From Camelus ferus (taxonomy: Eukaryota): DNA of 64,000 bases. Where the stretch lies: the NCBI RefSeq assembly GCF_009834535.1, contig NC_045697.1, positions 49,416,001-49,480,000 on the forward strand, in the 5' to 3' direction. Positions 26,901-39,389 of the stretch are shown in pieces; position 1 is the first letter of the stretch, and each line of letters begins with the position of its first letter. Below the pieces are notes generated by a model, which was not told where the DNA came from, ran no database searches, and worked only from the letters and a program-made list of their open reading frames with translations. A program made the position numbers and the translations under genes.

Positions 26901-29900
26901 AATACAGTCTGCAATTCCTGATCCGCTCACACGAGTGCAAACCCGAAGGCTACGAATTCTGCCACAACCGCAAGGTGGGTGGATGCCGGCCGCAGCACAA
27001 GTGCGGTCCCAACAGCCCCTCCCAGGTGTGGACGGATGAGCTAAGGCTCTCGGCTCCTCACGATCAGCTGTGCCTTGTGTTTCCTAACCCACTTGCTCAA
27101 AGCAACTAGACCCTTTCCAGTCATTTATCCTTGACTTTGGTAGCCTCTTTAAAACTTAAAATTTGATTGAGGCCACCGTTTACCAATACCCTGAGAGGAA
27201 AGTAAGGGGCAGATAGGGTCCCGCTTCATGGATGGACACAGCCCTGTGTTTTCCCAGCCACATGTCTATTCTTTGTCACATTGCTTACTGTCACGTGTCT
27301 CAAACTACACTGCAGGATCACAGGATCTCTGCACTCTGCCCCAGGCAGGGACTCAGATCACTTGTCTTCTCAGGAGCCCAGTTAACATCCTGACTAAGTC
27401 TTTGGGCATCTCCAAACCCTACACTGTTTGTTTAGCCTAATGCCTCTAGGATGAAAGTATTCCCAAGAATACTAACTCTACAGGAGAATTACAGGTCTCC
27501 ATGCAGGGAAAAAAGCTTGAGATCAACCAGTGCAAGAAATGTTTAACAGGAATGTTAAACAGTTGTATAAGTTTCTTTACTGCAGGGCTTCTGAGAACCT
27601 TTAATTTCCTGTATTCACTGTAAATCTCCAAGAAGAGACACAGTGTCCAGCTTTTCCCAATTGTATGGACAATGGAAACTTTATCATGGAGCATCTGAGG
27701 AGGCACAACACTCCGTAGGAACTCTGCCTGGAGGCTTCACCCCAGCTTTAATAATTGATCTGCCTGCTAGTTGTAATGACCATCCCAGTGTATCAGACCC
27801 AGCTTGCTTCTGAGTTGAACCAAATGAAGAGTTTTCTATCACTCCCTGCTATTTTTCCTGGCGATAAAGATGTGAAGAAAACGTGTTGTGGATGTCCTAA
27901 TTCAAGGTTTTACTACTTGAGTCACAATTCCTGCCCTACTAGCATTAATGACTAAATAAACAAACAAACATAGATGAGGTCAAGAAGGAACAGCCACCCC
28001 CAAAACTGGGTTGGGCCCTACTGGATTGAGGATGAAGAGTTCTTCACTGAACCTGAATGCCTGTCTCTCTTCTGTTTTGGTTTAGGTGTTAACCATCTTT
28101 TCTGCCTCCAACTACTATGAAGTTGGCAGTAACAGAGGAGCCTATGTCAAACTGGGGCCAGCTTTGACCCCACACATCGTGCAGTTTCAAGCTAACAAGG
28201 CGACTCACAAGCTCACCATGAGGCAGAGGCAAGACTTTTCAATGAATGATTTTCAGGAAAAAAAAAAACAGAATTATAGTGTTGGTGGAAGATTTGAAGC
28301 TCAAATGTCATTACATTTATCCAGATTCTAAGTCAGTATTCAAAACTTAGCTATGTCAGCAGTAGGATCTAGAATAGACATTATAACAGGGGCTCCTCTT
28401 TCTTCTCCGTACGCTCTCAAATCTCTACCCATCCATCCTCAATGGAAGTGACAGAAATTATTAGCAGAGGGTATGTCTTGGGTAAAGTCCACATAACAGG
28501 CTACTGAGTCTTTTCAGGGTCACTCTTCTGTTTTCTCTCATCAGACAGACAAGGCTTTTTTCACTATCTGGGGACTTGGCAGATGGATTTCAGTGCATAC
28601 ATTTGTTAACAATGCTCCTTTCTTTCTGGGAAGGAAGCATATACTATTACTAAATGGCTTCTGTTGAGATGATTATGAGCTCTAACTTTCCTTGAGAGTT
28701 TACCACACACAAAGTGTTACTATAAAGAATTTATATATTGTTTCACTTGAATTTATGAAATACACAGTGTTACTAAATAAGTTTTACAGATGAGATCATT
28801 AAGGAGCAAAGGTTAAATCCACTGGCCACTGGTCACACAGCTAATAAGCTGTGAATGTGAGCCTTGACCCAGGCAGTCTTATTTCAGAACTCACATACTT
28901 AGCAACTCTGCAGTACTGCCTCCCACTGAGAAGGTGGCCCCAGAGTATATAAACTGCTAAAAGATACAGTTGTTGTGCTGCTGAACAAACTCCTTTAATT
29001 ATCAAACGCAATTAGAAATCAAAACAAAGTTAGCATAAATCTAGTGGAAAAAGTATTTAGCATCTGTCTTGTGTGAGTGCTGTAAGAGTGCATTATTTTA
29101 AATCACTCAAGTTATTAAACACTCAAGTTAATACACAATCAAGGCTAGCATCACTCAAAAAGAAGTATTATGTGAAAATTTAAACTCATCAAATGATAGT
29201 CAAACCTACTATGCAGCAGAATCATCTCTGGCACTTTATAAAAAAATCAGCCATCTGAGCCTCATCCCAGCAAATTAGAGTTAAAATCTTCAGGAGTGGG
29301 CCCCAGGCACCTGGAATGCCATTATTCCATGTGACTTAGGTATTGTCACTACAAAAGGAGTCACTCTAGAGAATCCTATAAATAACATGTTTAAATAACA
29401 TAATTAAAGAGCACTCAGTTTTTTGAAATTCACTTAAAGCAACTACAACATCTTCTGATTTACCCAGAACTCACTTGTCCAACAGCTTCAACTATCTGGA
29501 CCACAACAGAGAACTTAGAAACAAGCGGGGAAATGTCTCTGACCAACAACAACTGAGGTCTCAATGGCCACAAACTCAAGATCACATGTTTTTCCTAGAG
29601 GAACCCTCATTCAGAATCCATTTACTTATGGTTTAAATCCACATCTCAGGATAACAGTGTAGCCATCCTGGAGTCTACCTGTCAAGATTGATTCCTGGCC
29701 TCACCCCTTATTAGCTATGTGACATTGGGCTAGTCAGTTACCCTGTACGAGGCACAGCAGTCATACCTACCTCGGTGGTGTTGGAGGATTAGTCAGATGA
29801 TCCATGCAGAGCTCTGCAATTCCAGTAAGTGCTCAACACGTGCTGCCTGACGTAGGCACAGAGAGCCCTGTGCGTCCAGATGGCTCCCAAGGGCACTGCT

Positions 29901-32900
29901 GTACTACATCCCTGCGTGATAAACATCAGTGACTACAATTTACCAGAAATGGTTTAAATGCTTTGCCAAACCAGTGGGACTTAACCTTTTTTGGGGGGGG
30001 AGAGTCCCATACTTCTTTTAGCCTCTGATAAAACAACAAACTCTCCAGAAAAATCAGAAACATTCCCATACCCATAAAATTTGAGATGAGCTTTGTGCAG
30101 CTCACACTTTTCCGGGGGGTAGGGGGGATGTCTATGGAGAATATTATGCTAAGTACCTTAAACTTCAAGGGAAACTTTCATCAAACATGACTGAACTGGG
30201 GTGTTTTTGTTGGTTGGGTTGTTTTTTTAAAACTCTTAGCACTGGAAAAGATAGGCTATCTGGTTATCATTTATAGAAGGCTGCTTCCTCTATGAGAACG
30301 GACAAAGTATATATTTACCTTTTATCTCTTTTTATCTTCTTGTTCATTCAACTACAGATATTTACTGAACACTTATTTGGGGTCAAGTACTGTGCCCCTC
30401 ATTACTCTGTTGACTCAGTAAGAATAAGAAAACTAAACTAGTGTTATTTTGTTATTCATAAATCCTGCCTTGTGACTTTTTAACAAAATAATAAATTACA
30501 AGAAAAGCATATGATTTTGCTAATACCATTTGTCGAGTGCTTTCTTATGTCCCAGGTGTTCTTCTGAGTACTTTATATGAATTTACTTATTCAATCTTCA
30601 CAATAATCCTATGGGTGAGGTACCATGTTTATCCCTATTTTGCAGACAGAGAAAATGAAGTACAGCGTAATTAGGTAACGACCACAAAAGTGGTGTTTCT
30701 CTAGAACTTCTGCTCTAACCACTATCCTGCCCTGGGAAGGACAGCAGCATCCCCAGACCGGCCCTCTTTGTGCACAACAGGGAAATGCAGGCGAGCACTG
30801 GGGGAATGTAAGAGATGGAGCTCCTCCCTCAAAACCTGAGAGCTCTTGGGAAGCTGAGACATTAAGAAAGAGATAGGCAAAATCTGGTGAAAACCCATGA
30901 CTTTCTTTTACACTAATTTTTTTAAATGCTCCTTTTTGTCTCCTGTCCCAGGATTAGCAGAGTGGAGGCGTCAGCTCTGAGAGCCCTGCGGGAAAAGTTA
31001 TTTGCCCATTCCTCAGATCTTCTCATTGAATTTAAGAAGCATGACAAAGATAAAACTGGTAAGACTAATCAAGTAAAATATTCATAGAGGAAGGAAGCTG
31101 GCCAAAAAATCTCTGTCTTGCATTTGTTAGCAAATAAATATTTAAGGACCAAATGACCAGAAGACTTCTTTGACTACTTCCTCCATTTTATTCAACTTAA
31201 CATCCTAGTTGTCGTTTCTAAATTTTTAAATTCTAAGCTTTTAACAGAATGTGAACTTGGCTAAATATAAATGAAAATAGTGAAAAAAATGGAGTCAAGG
31301 GAAAGGTGACAAGGCCAGAACTAAGCAAAAAGCAATGGGGGGACAAGTTACAAGAGTGGATCCAAGACTAACAAAAGATCAATGATTTGGTTTCTTGTTG
31401 TTACGCGTGTACTTATCTGTTCTGCGTTCTATTATCTGAGCTGAAAATTTTGTCTTTTCTCAACTCAATGGAATGTCTAATGGACATTGACTACAATGTA
31501 GCCCTATTGAAAAATAGCAGGAACAGTCATAAAGTCATAGCAATATCTTTTCATACACATAAACAACCAATGCTATATATCTCTGTATCAATATAGAGCT
31601 ATATTATATAATGTTTTATGATATTGTTTACAAGAGTCTTCTGTGACTTCCAATAGTATTACCAGATTTAGCAAACAAAAACAGGATGCCTAATTAAATT
31701 TGAATTATAGATAGGCAACAAATAGTTTCTAAATATAAGTATGTCCCATGCAATATTTGGGACACACTTATACTTTTGTGGTCTGTCTGAAATTCAGACC
31801 TACTGGGCATCCTGTATTTTATCTGGCAATCCAATTTTCCAAACAACCCTACCATGAGCAACAAAAATAATGACAGTGCCCATTATTTCTGTCACCTACA
31901 GATAGTAAGAAGAATGTCAGGATAAAAAGGAATGCGTTCTTGGGCACGAAACCAAATTTATACATGACAAGTCAACAAGTGAGCTCTTTCCTGCAGGTTT
32001 AGTCACCTTGAGTGACTGGGCAGCAGCTGTGGAGTCTGTGTTGCATCTGGGACTGCCATGGCGGATGCTGCGGCCGCAGCTGGTGAACAGCCAAACAGAT
32101 AACATGCTGGAGTACAAGTCCTGGCTGGAGAACTTGGCCAAAGAAAAATTGAGCCATGAGGTAATGGTATGAAAATGGTGGTCGAGAGCATATTATGGGC
32201 CTTCAAGCCCCTTATGAGAACTTCGAATCAGAAACAGCCAAATATTGAGAATCCCAAAGGGGAGATAAATGAGAAAAGGGAACAACTGTTTGTTGAATTT
32301 CTACGTATCAAATTTTGTGTTAAGTGATTTACATATGTTGCCTCTGTTGACCCACAAAACCACCCAAAGAGGTAGGTTGTAATCAGCACCAGTATACCTG
32401 TGAGAACACTGCTCACAGGGGTTAAGTAACCTGCCTAGGATAATAGAGTTTCTAAATTATAGAACCTAGGACTCAAACCCAGGTCTGTCTGACTTCTTTG
32501 ATGCAGTGCTGCTTCCCCCATTCAAAAAGGTATTTGTTCAAAAATACTTATGTGTAATGTATGTGAGAACTTGGGTTATGTACTTTAAAAAAAAAAAACA
32601 ACAAACTGCTTTATTGCAATATAATTCATATATATCATGCAACTCATCCATTTAAAGTGTAAAGTTTGATGGTTTTTAGTATATTTGCAGATATGTGTAA
32701 CCACCACCATGGTCAATTTTAGAACGTTTCATCATGGGGTAGGTGCTTCTTAAACTGCTAGATTATTTAGTAGGCTGGAGGGAGTTGGGGTGAGGGATCA
32801 TAAAACATCTTCAGGTTCTTTCAGGAGTCTTATTGTCAGGGTTGATTTTATGTTAATTATATATTGAGAAGCCTAAACATAAAAGAAGGAATAAGAATTT

Positions 32901-35900
32901 TTTCTTGCAGAACATACAGTCAAGTTTGCTGGAAACACTGTATCGAAACCGATCCAACCTGGAGACCATTTTTAGGATCATAGACAGTGATCATTCAGGT
33001 AAAGGCACTCCTTATCCTGTCACTTCTGACACATAGCAAGTATTTTACTTCCCACCCTTTGGTCTCCTCCCTTATTATTTTGCTCTCTACTCAAGCAAAA
33101 TTATTGGCAATGCTCATAAATGGCAGAAACTAGAAAATTACTTGAGCAACATGAATTTTTCGTATAGAAAGGGGTTGGCAGAGAAGACTGAAGACCAACT
33201 GAATGAGGAAGATAAACTTCTTACAGGAAGAACTATTAGATGTGCTATCCCTTACAGTTCTATCAAAGATAGCCACAAAGTAATGAAGAGTGTCCAGAAC
33301 AGGAAGGCTTTTGCAATTCTCATTCCCAAAGTATTATTTTAAAAAATTTTATAGGCACATGAAAAGATGCTTAGTTATCAGAGAAAAGATTGCTAATTAT
33401 CAGAGAAATGTAAGTCAAAATATCACTTCACACCAGAATGGCCATCATTAAAAGTCCTCAAATAATAAATGCTGGAGAGGATGTGGAAAAAAAGGGACCC
33501 TCCTACACTGTTGGTGGGAATATAAATTGGTGCAGCCACTATGGAAAACAGTATGGAGATTTTTTTTTAAACTGAAAAATAGAGTTATTGTATGATCCAG
33601 TAATCCCAGTCCTGGGCATACATACAGAGGGAACTCTAATTCAAAAAGATACATATACCCCAATGCTCATAGCAGCACTATTTACAATAGCCAAGACATG
33701 GAAATGTCCACTGATGAATTACTGGATGAAGAAGATGTGAGATATATATATAATGGAATACTACTCAGCCATAAAAAATAATTAAATAATGCCATTTGCA
33801 GCAATATGGATGGACCTAAGTAAAGTAAGTCAGAGAAAGACAAATAGATGATATCACTTATTTGTGGAATCCAAAAAAAAAAATGACACAAATGAACTTA
33901 TTTATAAAACAGACTCATAGACATAGAAAACAAACTTGTGGTTACCAAAGGGGAAAGGAGGGGGAGGAATAAATTAGGAGTTTGGAATTTGCTGATACTA
34001 GGTGCTATATATAAAATAGATAAACAACAAGATCCTACTGTATAGCACAGGGAACTATATTCAATATCTTGCAATAATGTATAATGAAAAAGAATATGAA
34101 AGAAAATATATATGTATATATATATAATGAACTGTACACTATGCTGTACACAAGAAACCAACACATTGTAAACCAACTATACTTCAATAAATTTTTTTTT
34201 AATTTTTAAATAATTATAGATTCACAAAGAGTTACCAAAAAATGTACAAGGAGGTCCTGTATACCCTCACCCTATTTCTTTAGTGGTCCAGAGGCCTTTT
34301 CAAATATTATTACTTTTTTTGAGATATAATTCACATACCATATAATTTACCCATTTAAAATGTGCTGCTCTGTGCTTTTATAGTATATTCACAAGCCTGT
34401 GTAACTGTTATCGTCATCTAATTTTAGAACATTTTCATCACCCTAAAAAGAAACCCATACCCATTAGCAGTCACTCCCCCTTCTCATTTCCTTCTCTGTC
34501 AATCCCTGGCAACCATTAATTTGCTTTCTGTTTCTACGAATTTGCCTATTCTGGACATTTCATACAAATAGTTTGATACATGGCTTTTGGGATCCAGATT
34601 CTTTCATTTAGTATGTTTTCAAGGTTCATCCATGTTACAGCATGTGTCAGTTTTCAAAATTTCTTTTTATAGCTGGATAATATTCCATTATATGGATATA
34701 TCACATTTTGTTTATCCATTCATCAGTTGATAGACATTTGGATTATTTCCACTTTTTGGCTATAATGAATAATGTCACTATGAACATTCATATACAACTT
34801 TGTGTGTAAACATATGTTTTCAGTTCTCTTGGATGTATTCCCAGGAGTGCAACTGCTAGACCACATGGTAAAATTAAGTTTAACTTTTAGGGGGGCTGCC
34901 AAACTGTTTTCCACAGTGGCTATATCATTTTACATTCCTACTAACAATGTATGAGGGTTCCAACTTCTCCACATCCTCACCAACATTTGTTATTTTCCAT
35001 TAAAAAAACTTTTATAGCCATTCTACTGGGTGTGAAATATCTTTTAATAGTTTTGCTTTGCATTTCCTTAGAAACTAATGATGTTGAGCATCTTTTCTTG
35101 TGCTTATTGAACTTTGCGTATCTTCCTTGGAGAAATGTCTATTCAAATCCTTTATCCATCTTTTAATTGGGTTGTCTTTTTATTGTTGAGTTGTTTTTTA
35201 AGATATATTCTAGATATTAAGCCATTATCAGATATATGATTTGCAAATATTTTCTCTGATTTTATGGGTCATCTTTTCACTTTGTTGGTAGTGTCGTCTG
35301 ATACAAAAAAGTTCTTAATTTTAAAAAAGTCCAATTTTTTTTCTTTTGTTGTTTGTGCTTCTGTTGTCATATCTAAGAAAATGTTACGTAACTGAAGGTC
35401 ACAAAGATTTATACCTATGTATTCTAATTGTTTTACAGTTTTGGCTCTTACAGTTGGATCTTTAATCCATTTTGAGTTAATTTTTATTTGTAGTGCAAGG
35501 TAGGGGTGTAGCATCATTCTTTAGCATGTAGATATCCAGTTGTCCCCTACCATCTGTTGAAAAATATTATTCTTTCCATTGAATGGTCTTGGAACCCTTG
35601 TGAAAAGTCAATTGACCATAGACATATAGGTCAAAGGCTTTTTATAAGCAGAATAAATTAGCATATGTTTGGGATGATTTAATGCAGGGCTTCTCAGCAG
35701 TGGCACTGCTGACATTTTGGCTTGAGCAATTCTTTGTTTGGGGGCCCATCCCGTACATTTTAGGATGTTTAGTAGCATCCCTGCCCTTTACCTACTAGAT
35801 GCCAGTAACACCCTCCCCCCTCCCCCATGACAATCAAAAATGTCTCGAAACATTTACAAACGTCCCTAGAAGAGCAAACTTGCTCCCAGCTGAGGACCAC

Positions 35901-36305
35901 TGGTGATGTAGTGATTTTGCACGATCCTCTTGGGAGTTTAAAGTGGATACTAGGCCCTGGGTGTCTTTGTTTGCAACCAGGTGTCCTTGCAAGAATGTCA
36001 GAGGAAACGAGCACTGAAAACTAGACTAAGTGACTTGCTCTCTCTGGTAAGGGTTCATCTCACTGGACGAGTTCAGGCAGACTTGGAAGCTGTTCAGCTC
36101 TCATATGAACATTGACATCACAGATGACTGCATCTGCGACCTTGCCCGGAGCATTGACTTCAACAAGGATGGCCACATTGACATCAATGAGTTCCTGGAG
36201 GCCTTCCGCCTTGTGGAGCAGTCCTGTTCAGAGGGCGATGCCTCAGACTGCCCACGAACCACAAACACCAACAGCAGTGCCTGCAGCAGCCCAGGCGCAC
36301 ACTAA
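6373..36305 (+). CDS. PPEF2: Serine/threonine protein phosphatase with EF-hands 2 (whole spliced CDS, 16 coding exons, 749 aa)
   Basis: Manually spliced exons total 2250 nt in frame from ATG to TAA. Product has the N-terminus [18 protein letters not shown], an IQ motif ([12 protein letters not shown]), PPP motifs GDLHG, GDFVDRG, RGNHE, HGG and SASNY, and C-terminal EF-hands ([24 protein letters not shown]). It matches human PPEF2 as recalled. Confidence 0.97.
9770..10172 (-). mobile_element. L1 3'-end fragment
   Basis: Reverse L1 3'UTR/ORF2 end; TSD TGCATCATCC(C)ACTCTT at 9754-9769 and 10173-10189. Confidence 0.85.
10526..10653 (+). CDS. PPEF2: PPEF2 coding exon 2 (IQ motif)
   Basis: cacag/ ... 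AAG/gtatgg; [43 protein letters not shown]. Confidence 0.95.
10808..10865 (+). CDS. PPEF2: PPEF2 coding exon 3
   Basis: tgcag/ ... /gtgagt; [19 protein letters not shown]. Confidence 0.95.
11714..11889 (+). CDS. PPEF2: PPEF2 coding exon 4
   Basis: ctag/ ... CAA/gtaagc; [10 protein letters not shown]...[26 protein letters not shown]. Confidence 0.95.
12100..12800. mobile_element. L2-like LINE fragment
   Basis: 'ctgtgtgcaggcactgctctaggcactgggg...ctgccctcatggggctgacattctag' L2 3'-end-type sequence. Confidence 0.6.
13205..13319 (+). CDS. PPEF2: PPEF2 coding exon 5
   Basis: tgtag/ ... G/gtaaga; [38 protein letters not shown]. Confidence 0.95.
14093..14198 (+). mobile_element. tRNA-derived SINE (camelid Vic-1-like)
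   Basis: GGGGGAGGGTATAGCTCAGT...GGTCCTGGGTTCAATCCCCAGTACC with A/B boxes; TSD AGGTCATT. Confidence 0.85.
14495..14541 (+). CDS. PPEF2: PPEF2 coding exon 6 (GDLHG)
   Basis: gttag/ ... AAG/gtatga; [16 protein letters not shown]. Confidence 0.95.
14917..14957. repeat. (CA)n microsatellite
   Basis: Visible CA run with one CT interruption. Confidence 0.95.
15345..15511 (+). CDS. PPEF2: PPEF2 coding exon 7 (GDFVDRG, RGNHE)
   Basis: gaag/ ... CG/gtacaa; [23 protein letters not shown]...[12 protein letters not shown]. Confidence 0.95.
15967..16003 (+). CDS. PPEF2: PPEF2 coding exon 8
   Basis: tgtag/ ... AAG/gtacat; [12 protein letters not shown]. Confidence 0.93.
16097..16246 (+). CDS. PPEF2: PPEF2 coding exon 9 (HGG)
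   Basis: ttcag/ ... AAG/gtactg; [50 protein letters not shown]. Confidence 0.95.
17360..23219 (-). mobile_element. Decayed gammaretrovirus-like (ERV1) provirus: 5' LTR, PBS, gag, pro, pol; lacks env and 3' LTR
   Basis: LTR 22722-23219 (TG...CA on minus), degenerate zinc knuckle HQCVYCKQ (~20880-20930), [12 protein letters not shown] and QYVDD (19795-19806), RNase H MFTDGRS/TSAQKAE, integrase HHCC region and C-terminal KPWIHHT (~17380-17440). Confidence 0.9.
22705..22716 (-). promoter_or_regulatory. Primer-binding-site remnant, tRNA-Arg type
   Basis: Minus strand GCCAGCCAGGAG directly after the LTR; matches 12 of 18 nt of TGGCGAGCCAGCCAGGAG (complement of the tRNA-Arg(ACG) 3' end as recalled). 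Confidence 0.7.
24744..25118 (+). CDS. PPEF2: PPEF2 coding exon 10 (insert within catalytic domain)
   Basis: ttcag/ ... CAG/gtgcgt; [12 protein letters not shown]...PTQEEWRQ, 375 nt in frame. Confidence 0.95.
26789..26974 (+). CDS. PPEF2: PPEF2 coding exon 11
   Basis: tacag/ ... AAG/gtgggt; VVDILWSDP...[18 protein letters not shown]. Confidence 0.95.
28086..28228 (+). CDS. PPEF2: PPEF2 coding exon 12 (SASNY), GC donor
   Basis: tttag/ ... AG/gcaaga; [24 protein letters not shown]...LTMRQR. Confidence 0.9.
30952..31058 (+). CDS. PPEF2: PPEF2 coding exon 13
   Basis: cccag/ ... G/gtaaga; [35 protein letters not shown]. Confidence 0.95.
31655..31833. mobile_element. Palindromic DNA transposon (MER53-like)
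   Basis: Inverted symmetry around 'ataagtatgtcccatgcaatatttgggacacacttata', termini 'ccagattta...tatctggcaa'. Confidence 0.7.
31997..32160 (+). CDS. PPEF2: PPEF2 coding exon 14
   Basis: tgcag/ ... GAG/gtaatg; [30 protein letters not shown]...LSHE. Confidence 0.95.
32911..32998 (+). CDS. PPEF2: PPEF2 coding exon 15
   Basis: tgcag/ ... G/gtaaag; [29 protein letters not shown]. Confidence 0.95.
33360..34200 (+). mobile_element. L1 3' portion
   Basis: L1 ORF2 C-terminus/3'UTR ('tgctggagaggatgtggaaaaaaggg', 'ggaatactactcagccataaaa') with AATAAA tail. Confidence 0.9.
34280..35630 (-). mobile_element. Older L1 fragment, antisense
   Basis: ORF2 remnants in the ORF track ([16 protein letters not shown]...) and reverse 3'UTR. 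Confidence 0.85.
35683..35902. mobile_element. hAT-type MITE (MER3/MER20-like)
   Basis: 'cagggcttctcagcagtggcactgctgacattttgg...gaggaccactg' termini. Confidence 0.65.
36052..36305 (+). CDS. PPEF2: PPEF2 last coding exon (EF-hands)
   Basis: ggtaag/ then [26 protein letters not shown]...CSSPGAH*. Confidence 0.95.
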
Positions 36306-36625
36306 GGCCAGCCTGGTCTCCATCGCCCGAGGTGCCTCATGAGCAGTGCTGAGCTCGTTGCTAGAACAGTTCTCTTATTCTCCAGAAACTGTGGAACTTT
36401 ATGCTGTGGCTTTGCCTACCAACATGCATCAGAATCACCTGTATTCTTGGGGTGGAGGGTGAAGTTAGAGTGTGTGTGTATGTATTTTAAATATGTAGGT
36501 GCCCTAGCCCCATTTCAGAATTTTCACAAGGTAGGACCGAGATGTAAGTATTTTTAAATTCTCAAGTCTATCCCAGTTAAGAACCACTGATAATTCAACT
36601 CCTTCATTGTTTTCATTATAAAAAC

Positions 36626-36635
36626 AATAAATAAA
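36626..36635 (+). terminator. PPEF2: Candidate PPEF2 polyadenylation signal (overlapping AATAAA x2)
   Basis: AATAAATAAA ~320 nt after the stop codon. Confidence 0.55.
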
Positions 36636-37069
36636 AGATATGCAATGTCTTATTGGCAAAAGAAAGTTATGAAAAATTATTTGTGTAACCCCATGACCCA
36701 AACGTATGGATTCTTCTCATTATTTACTTTTTCTTGTTGTAACTATAATGCTTATGTAATCTAATGTTCTGCTTTTATTTTATAAGTTCACATCTGTGTT
36801 GCTACATAGTCTTCATGATTATGCATTTAAAGGCTGCGTAATTTCAAATGGATGCAGTATAATCTATGCAGCCATTCTCCTAGTGTTAAACATGTGTCTT
36901 GTTTCCGGTTTTTCATTATTATATATATATATATCATATATATATTATATTATATTCAACACTGTGGTTAATAGCTTTGTGCAGATAGCCTGTTTCCTAA
37001 AAATCATTTGAATTTATACATTTTCACAGGCTAGAGCCCCAAGACTGGGATTACTTTGTCAAAGGGAGT

Positions 37070-38320
37070 CTTATTAGTCCATAAAAAGGTTTACTGTAAG
37101 GAATTGGCTCACGTGGTTGCAGAGGCTGAGAAGTTCCACGATCTGCAGTCAGCAGGTTGGAAACCCAGGAGAGCTGACGGTTGATTCTGGTCAGTCAGAG
37201 TCTGAAGGTGAGAGAAGACAGATGTCCCAGCTTAAAGGCGCTCAAGCAAAGATAAGGAGTCTTTTCCTTACTCAGCATTTTATTCTTTTCAGGACTTCAG
37301 TGAATTGGGTGAGGCCCACCCACACTGGGGAGGGCCATCTGCTTTACTCAGTCTGCTGATTGCAGTGTTAATCTCATCCACAAACACCCTCACAGACACA
37401 CCCAGAAATAATGTTTTACCAAATATCTTGGCACCCCACGGCCGAGTGGATGTGTAACATTAATCGCCACAGATGTGAACGTCTGACAGGTTGCTTTTCA
37501 GGACTGAGCACACTAGTTTCCCCATAAACTCATGAGCTCAGAGTGCAGTCATTTCTAAGTTTTGCTAACAGTGAATGATAGTGCCTCCATGCTATTTTAT
37601 ATGCATTTCTTTGGTTGGTATCTCCCCTACCTCATTTTATTTGTACAGGAAATTGAAGTCCAGCTGGATATGTGACCTAGTTAATGCCATGGCCAAGACC
37701 AGAACCCCTGATCCCTGGCTCCATCCAGTGTCCTTTCCAGTTTTCCAGGACAATATTATCTGTTTGGTTTGATTATAAACAATCCCTGGTTTATATGCCG
37801 TCATTTGTTTGGGAAACAGACCCTAAGGTGACCCCTACCCCAGTGATGTCTCACCTCCTGGTGTTCCCGCCTTTGCCTGATTCCCGTCTCCACAAGTGCT
37901 GGCAGGACCTGTGACTTGCTTTTGATCAACAGAATATGGCAAAGGTGATGGGGTGTTTGTCCTGTAACTATATGATGCTATATAAAATTCCACGTTAGTA
38001 GACTGGAGCAGGAGATTCTCCTTGTTGGCTTGTGGAAACATGCAGCCACATTGAGGGAACCCACATGACAAGGAACTTTGGGTGGCCTGTAGGATCTGCA
38101 GATGGCTTCCAACTGATGGCTACAAAAATCCAAAGCCTCCAATCATACGAGGAAATAAATTTTGCCGACATTCTGAATAAGCTTGGAAGCAGATTCTTCC
38201 AGATGTAGTGGAGCCTCCAGATGAGAATGCAGCCTGGCCAACACCTTGACTGCAGGCTTGTGAGACCCTGAGCTGAGGCTCCTGTAAAGCTGTGCCCAGA
38301 CTCTTGAAACACAAAAACTA
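37070..38320. mobile_element. Two ERVL/MaLR solo LTR remnants (MLT2-like ~37070-37470, MLT1-like ~37790-38320)
   Basis: Recalled MLT text: 'gaattggctcacgtggttgcagaggctgagaagttccacgatctgc', 'gagcctccagatgagaatgcagcctggccaacaccttgactgcag'. Confidence 0.65.
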
Positions 38321-39389
38321 CAAAAGTCCTTGGCTTGTCAATTCAGGATTGGATGGCTGTCGTGGAGCTTGGTGGGTCAATGGCTAAACTCCGAGTTCCT
38401 TTCTTGAGTCTAGATGGCACAGCCACAGATTCACATCAGGCCATTCTTCTGCTTGCTTTAACCAGTTTTCTGGGAAGTAGTTGCTTTGGCTCTTATTTCT
38501 TCTGGGCCCTCGCCGTTTGCTGTTATACACCCTTTAGGCTCTGTGTCCTGCAGTAGGCGACTCCTATGTATACACTCAAGACTTTGAGAAAATTTCCTTT
38601 ATCAATTACCATAGGGATTGGCTTCAAGGGGGTTTTAATTTAAAAAGAGTTTTTTAATTGGTCTAGAAAGAAACAGCAAAATCATGCGTCTAATCCAGTG
38701 ATTTAGCCTTAACTGCTCATTAAAATCATCTGGGATATTTGAAAACAGGATGTCTGTGGCCCCATTCCAGACCAATTAAATCAAAATCTCTGAGTAAGAG
38801 GCCATGCTATTGGAGCGTTTTAAGTGTGCCCCAGGTGATTCTAAAGTGCAGCCAGGCTCCAGGACTGCTTATCTAGTTGGTTTACCCTGCAATAGCGAAG
38901 GGGGGTTATTTGGTAAGACATTAACTGCTATTTGCACTGGGATAACTGTAAATATGAGAGGCCAATTCAGAAACCTCACACTTTTAGATTTAGATGAGGA
39001 CATTGCCAAATACCCCCAAATTTTAGTGTTAACAGACACAAGAAAGCCTGATGTAATCAGATTAAACACACATACTTCTCCACTTGGATATTTAATGGGC
39101 ATCTCAAAACTTAACATTTCCAAGATAAACTCCTTATATTCCCCCCACCCCGAATCTAGTCCTCTTGTGAGCCTTCCTATCTGATTACATATCAGTTTCA
39201 TCCTACCAGTTTCCTTATGCAAAACACAAAACAAAACAAAACAAACTTCTTTTTCTTGTTTTCTACATCCGATTCTTCAACATATCTTGACTCTACCTTC
39301 AAAACACATCCAGAATTGGACCCCTTCTTACTCCTGCATTGCTACCTCCCTAGTCTAAGCCATGTTATTTCTCACCTTTACTTATATTG

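Noticed and set aside
31890..32002. Upstream alternative acceptor (cctacag at 31901) producing an EF-hand-less short PPEF2 isoform
   Set aside because: It would give a truncated product, but the pyrimidine tract is weak and I cannot tie it to the known short isoform from sequence alone.
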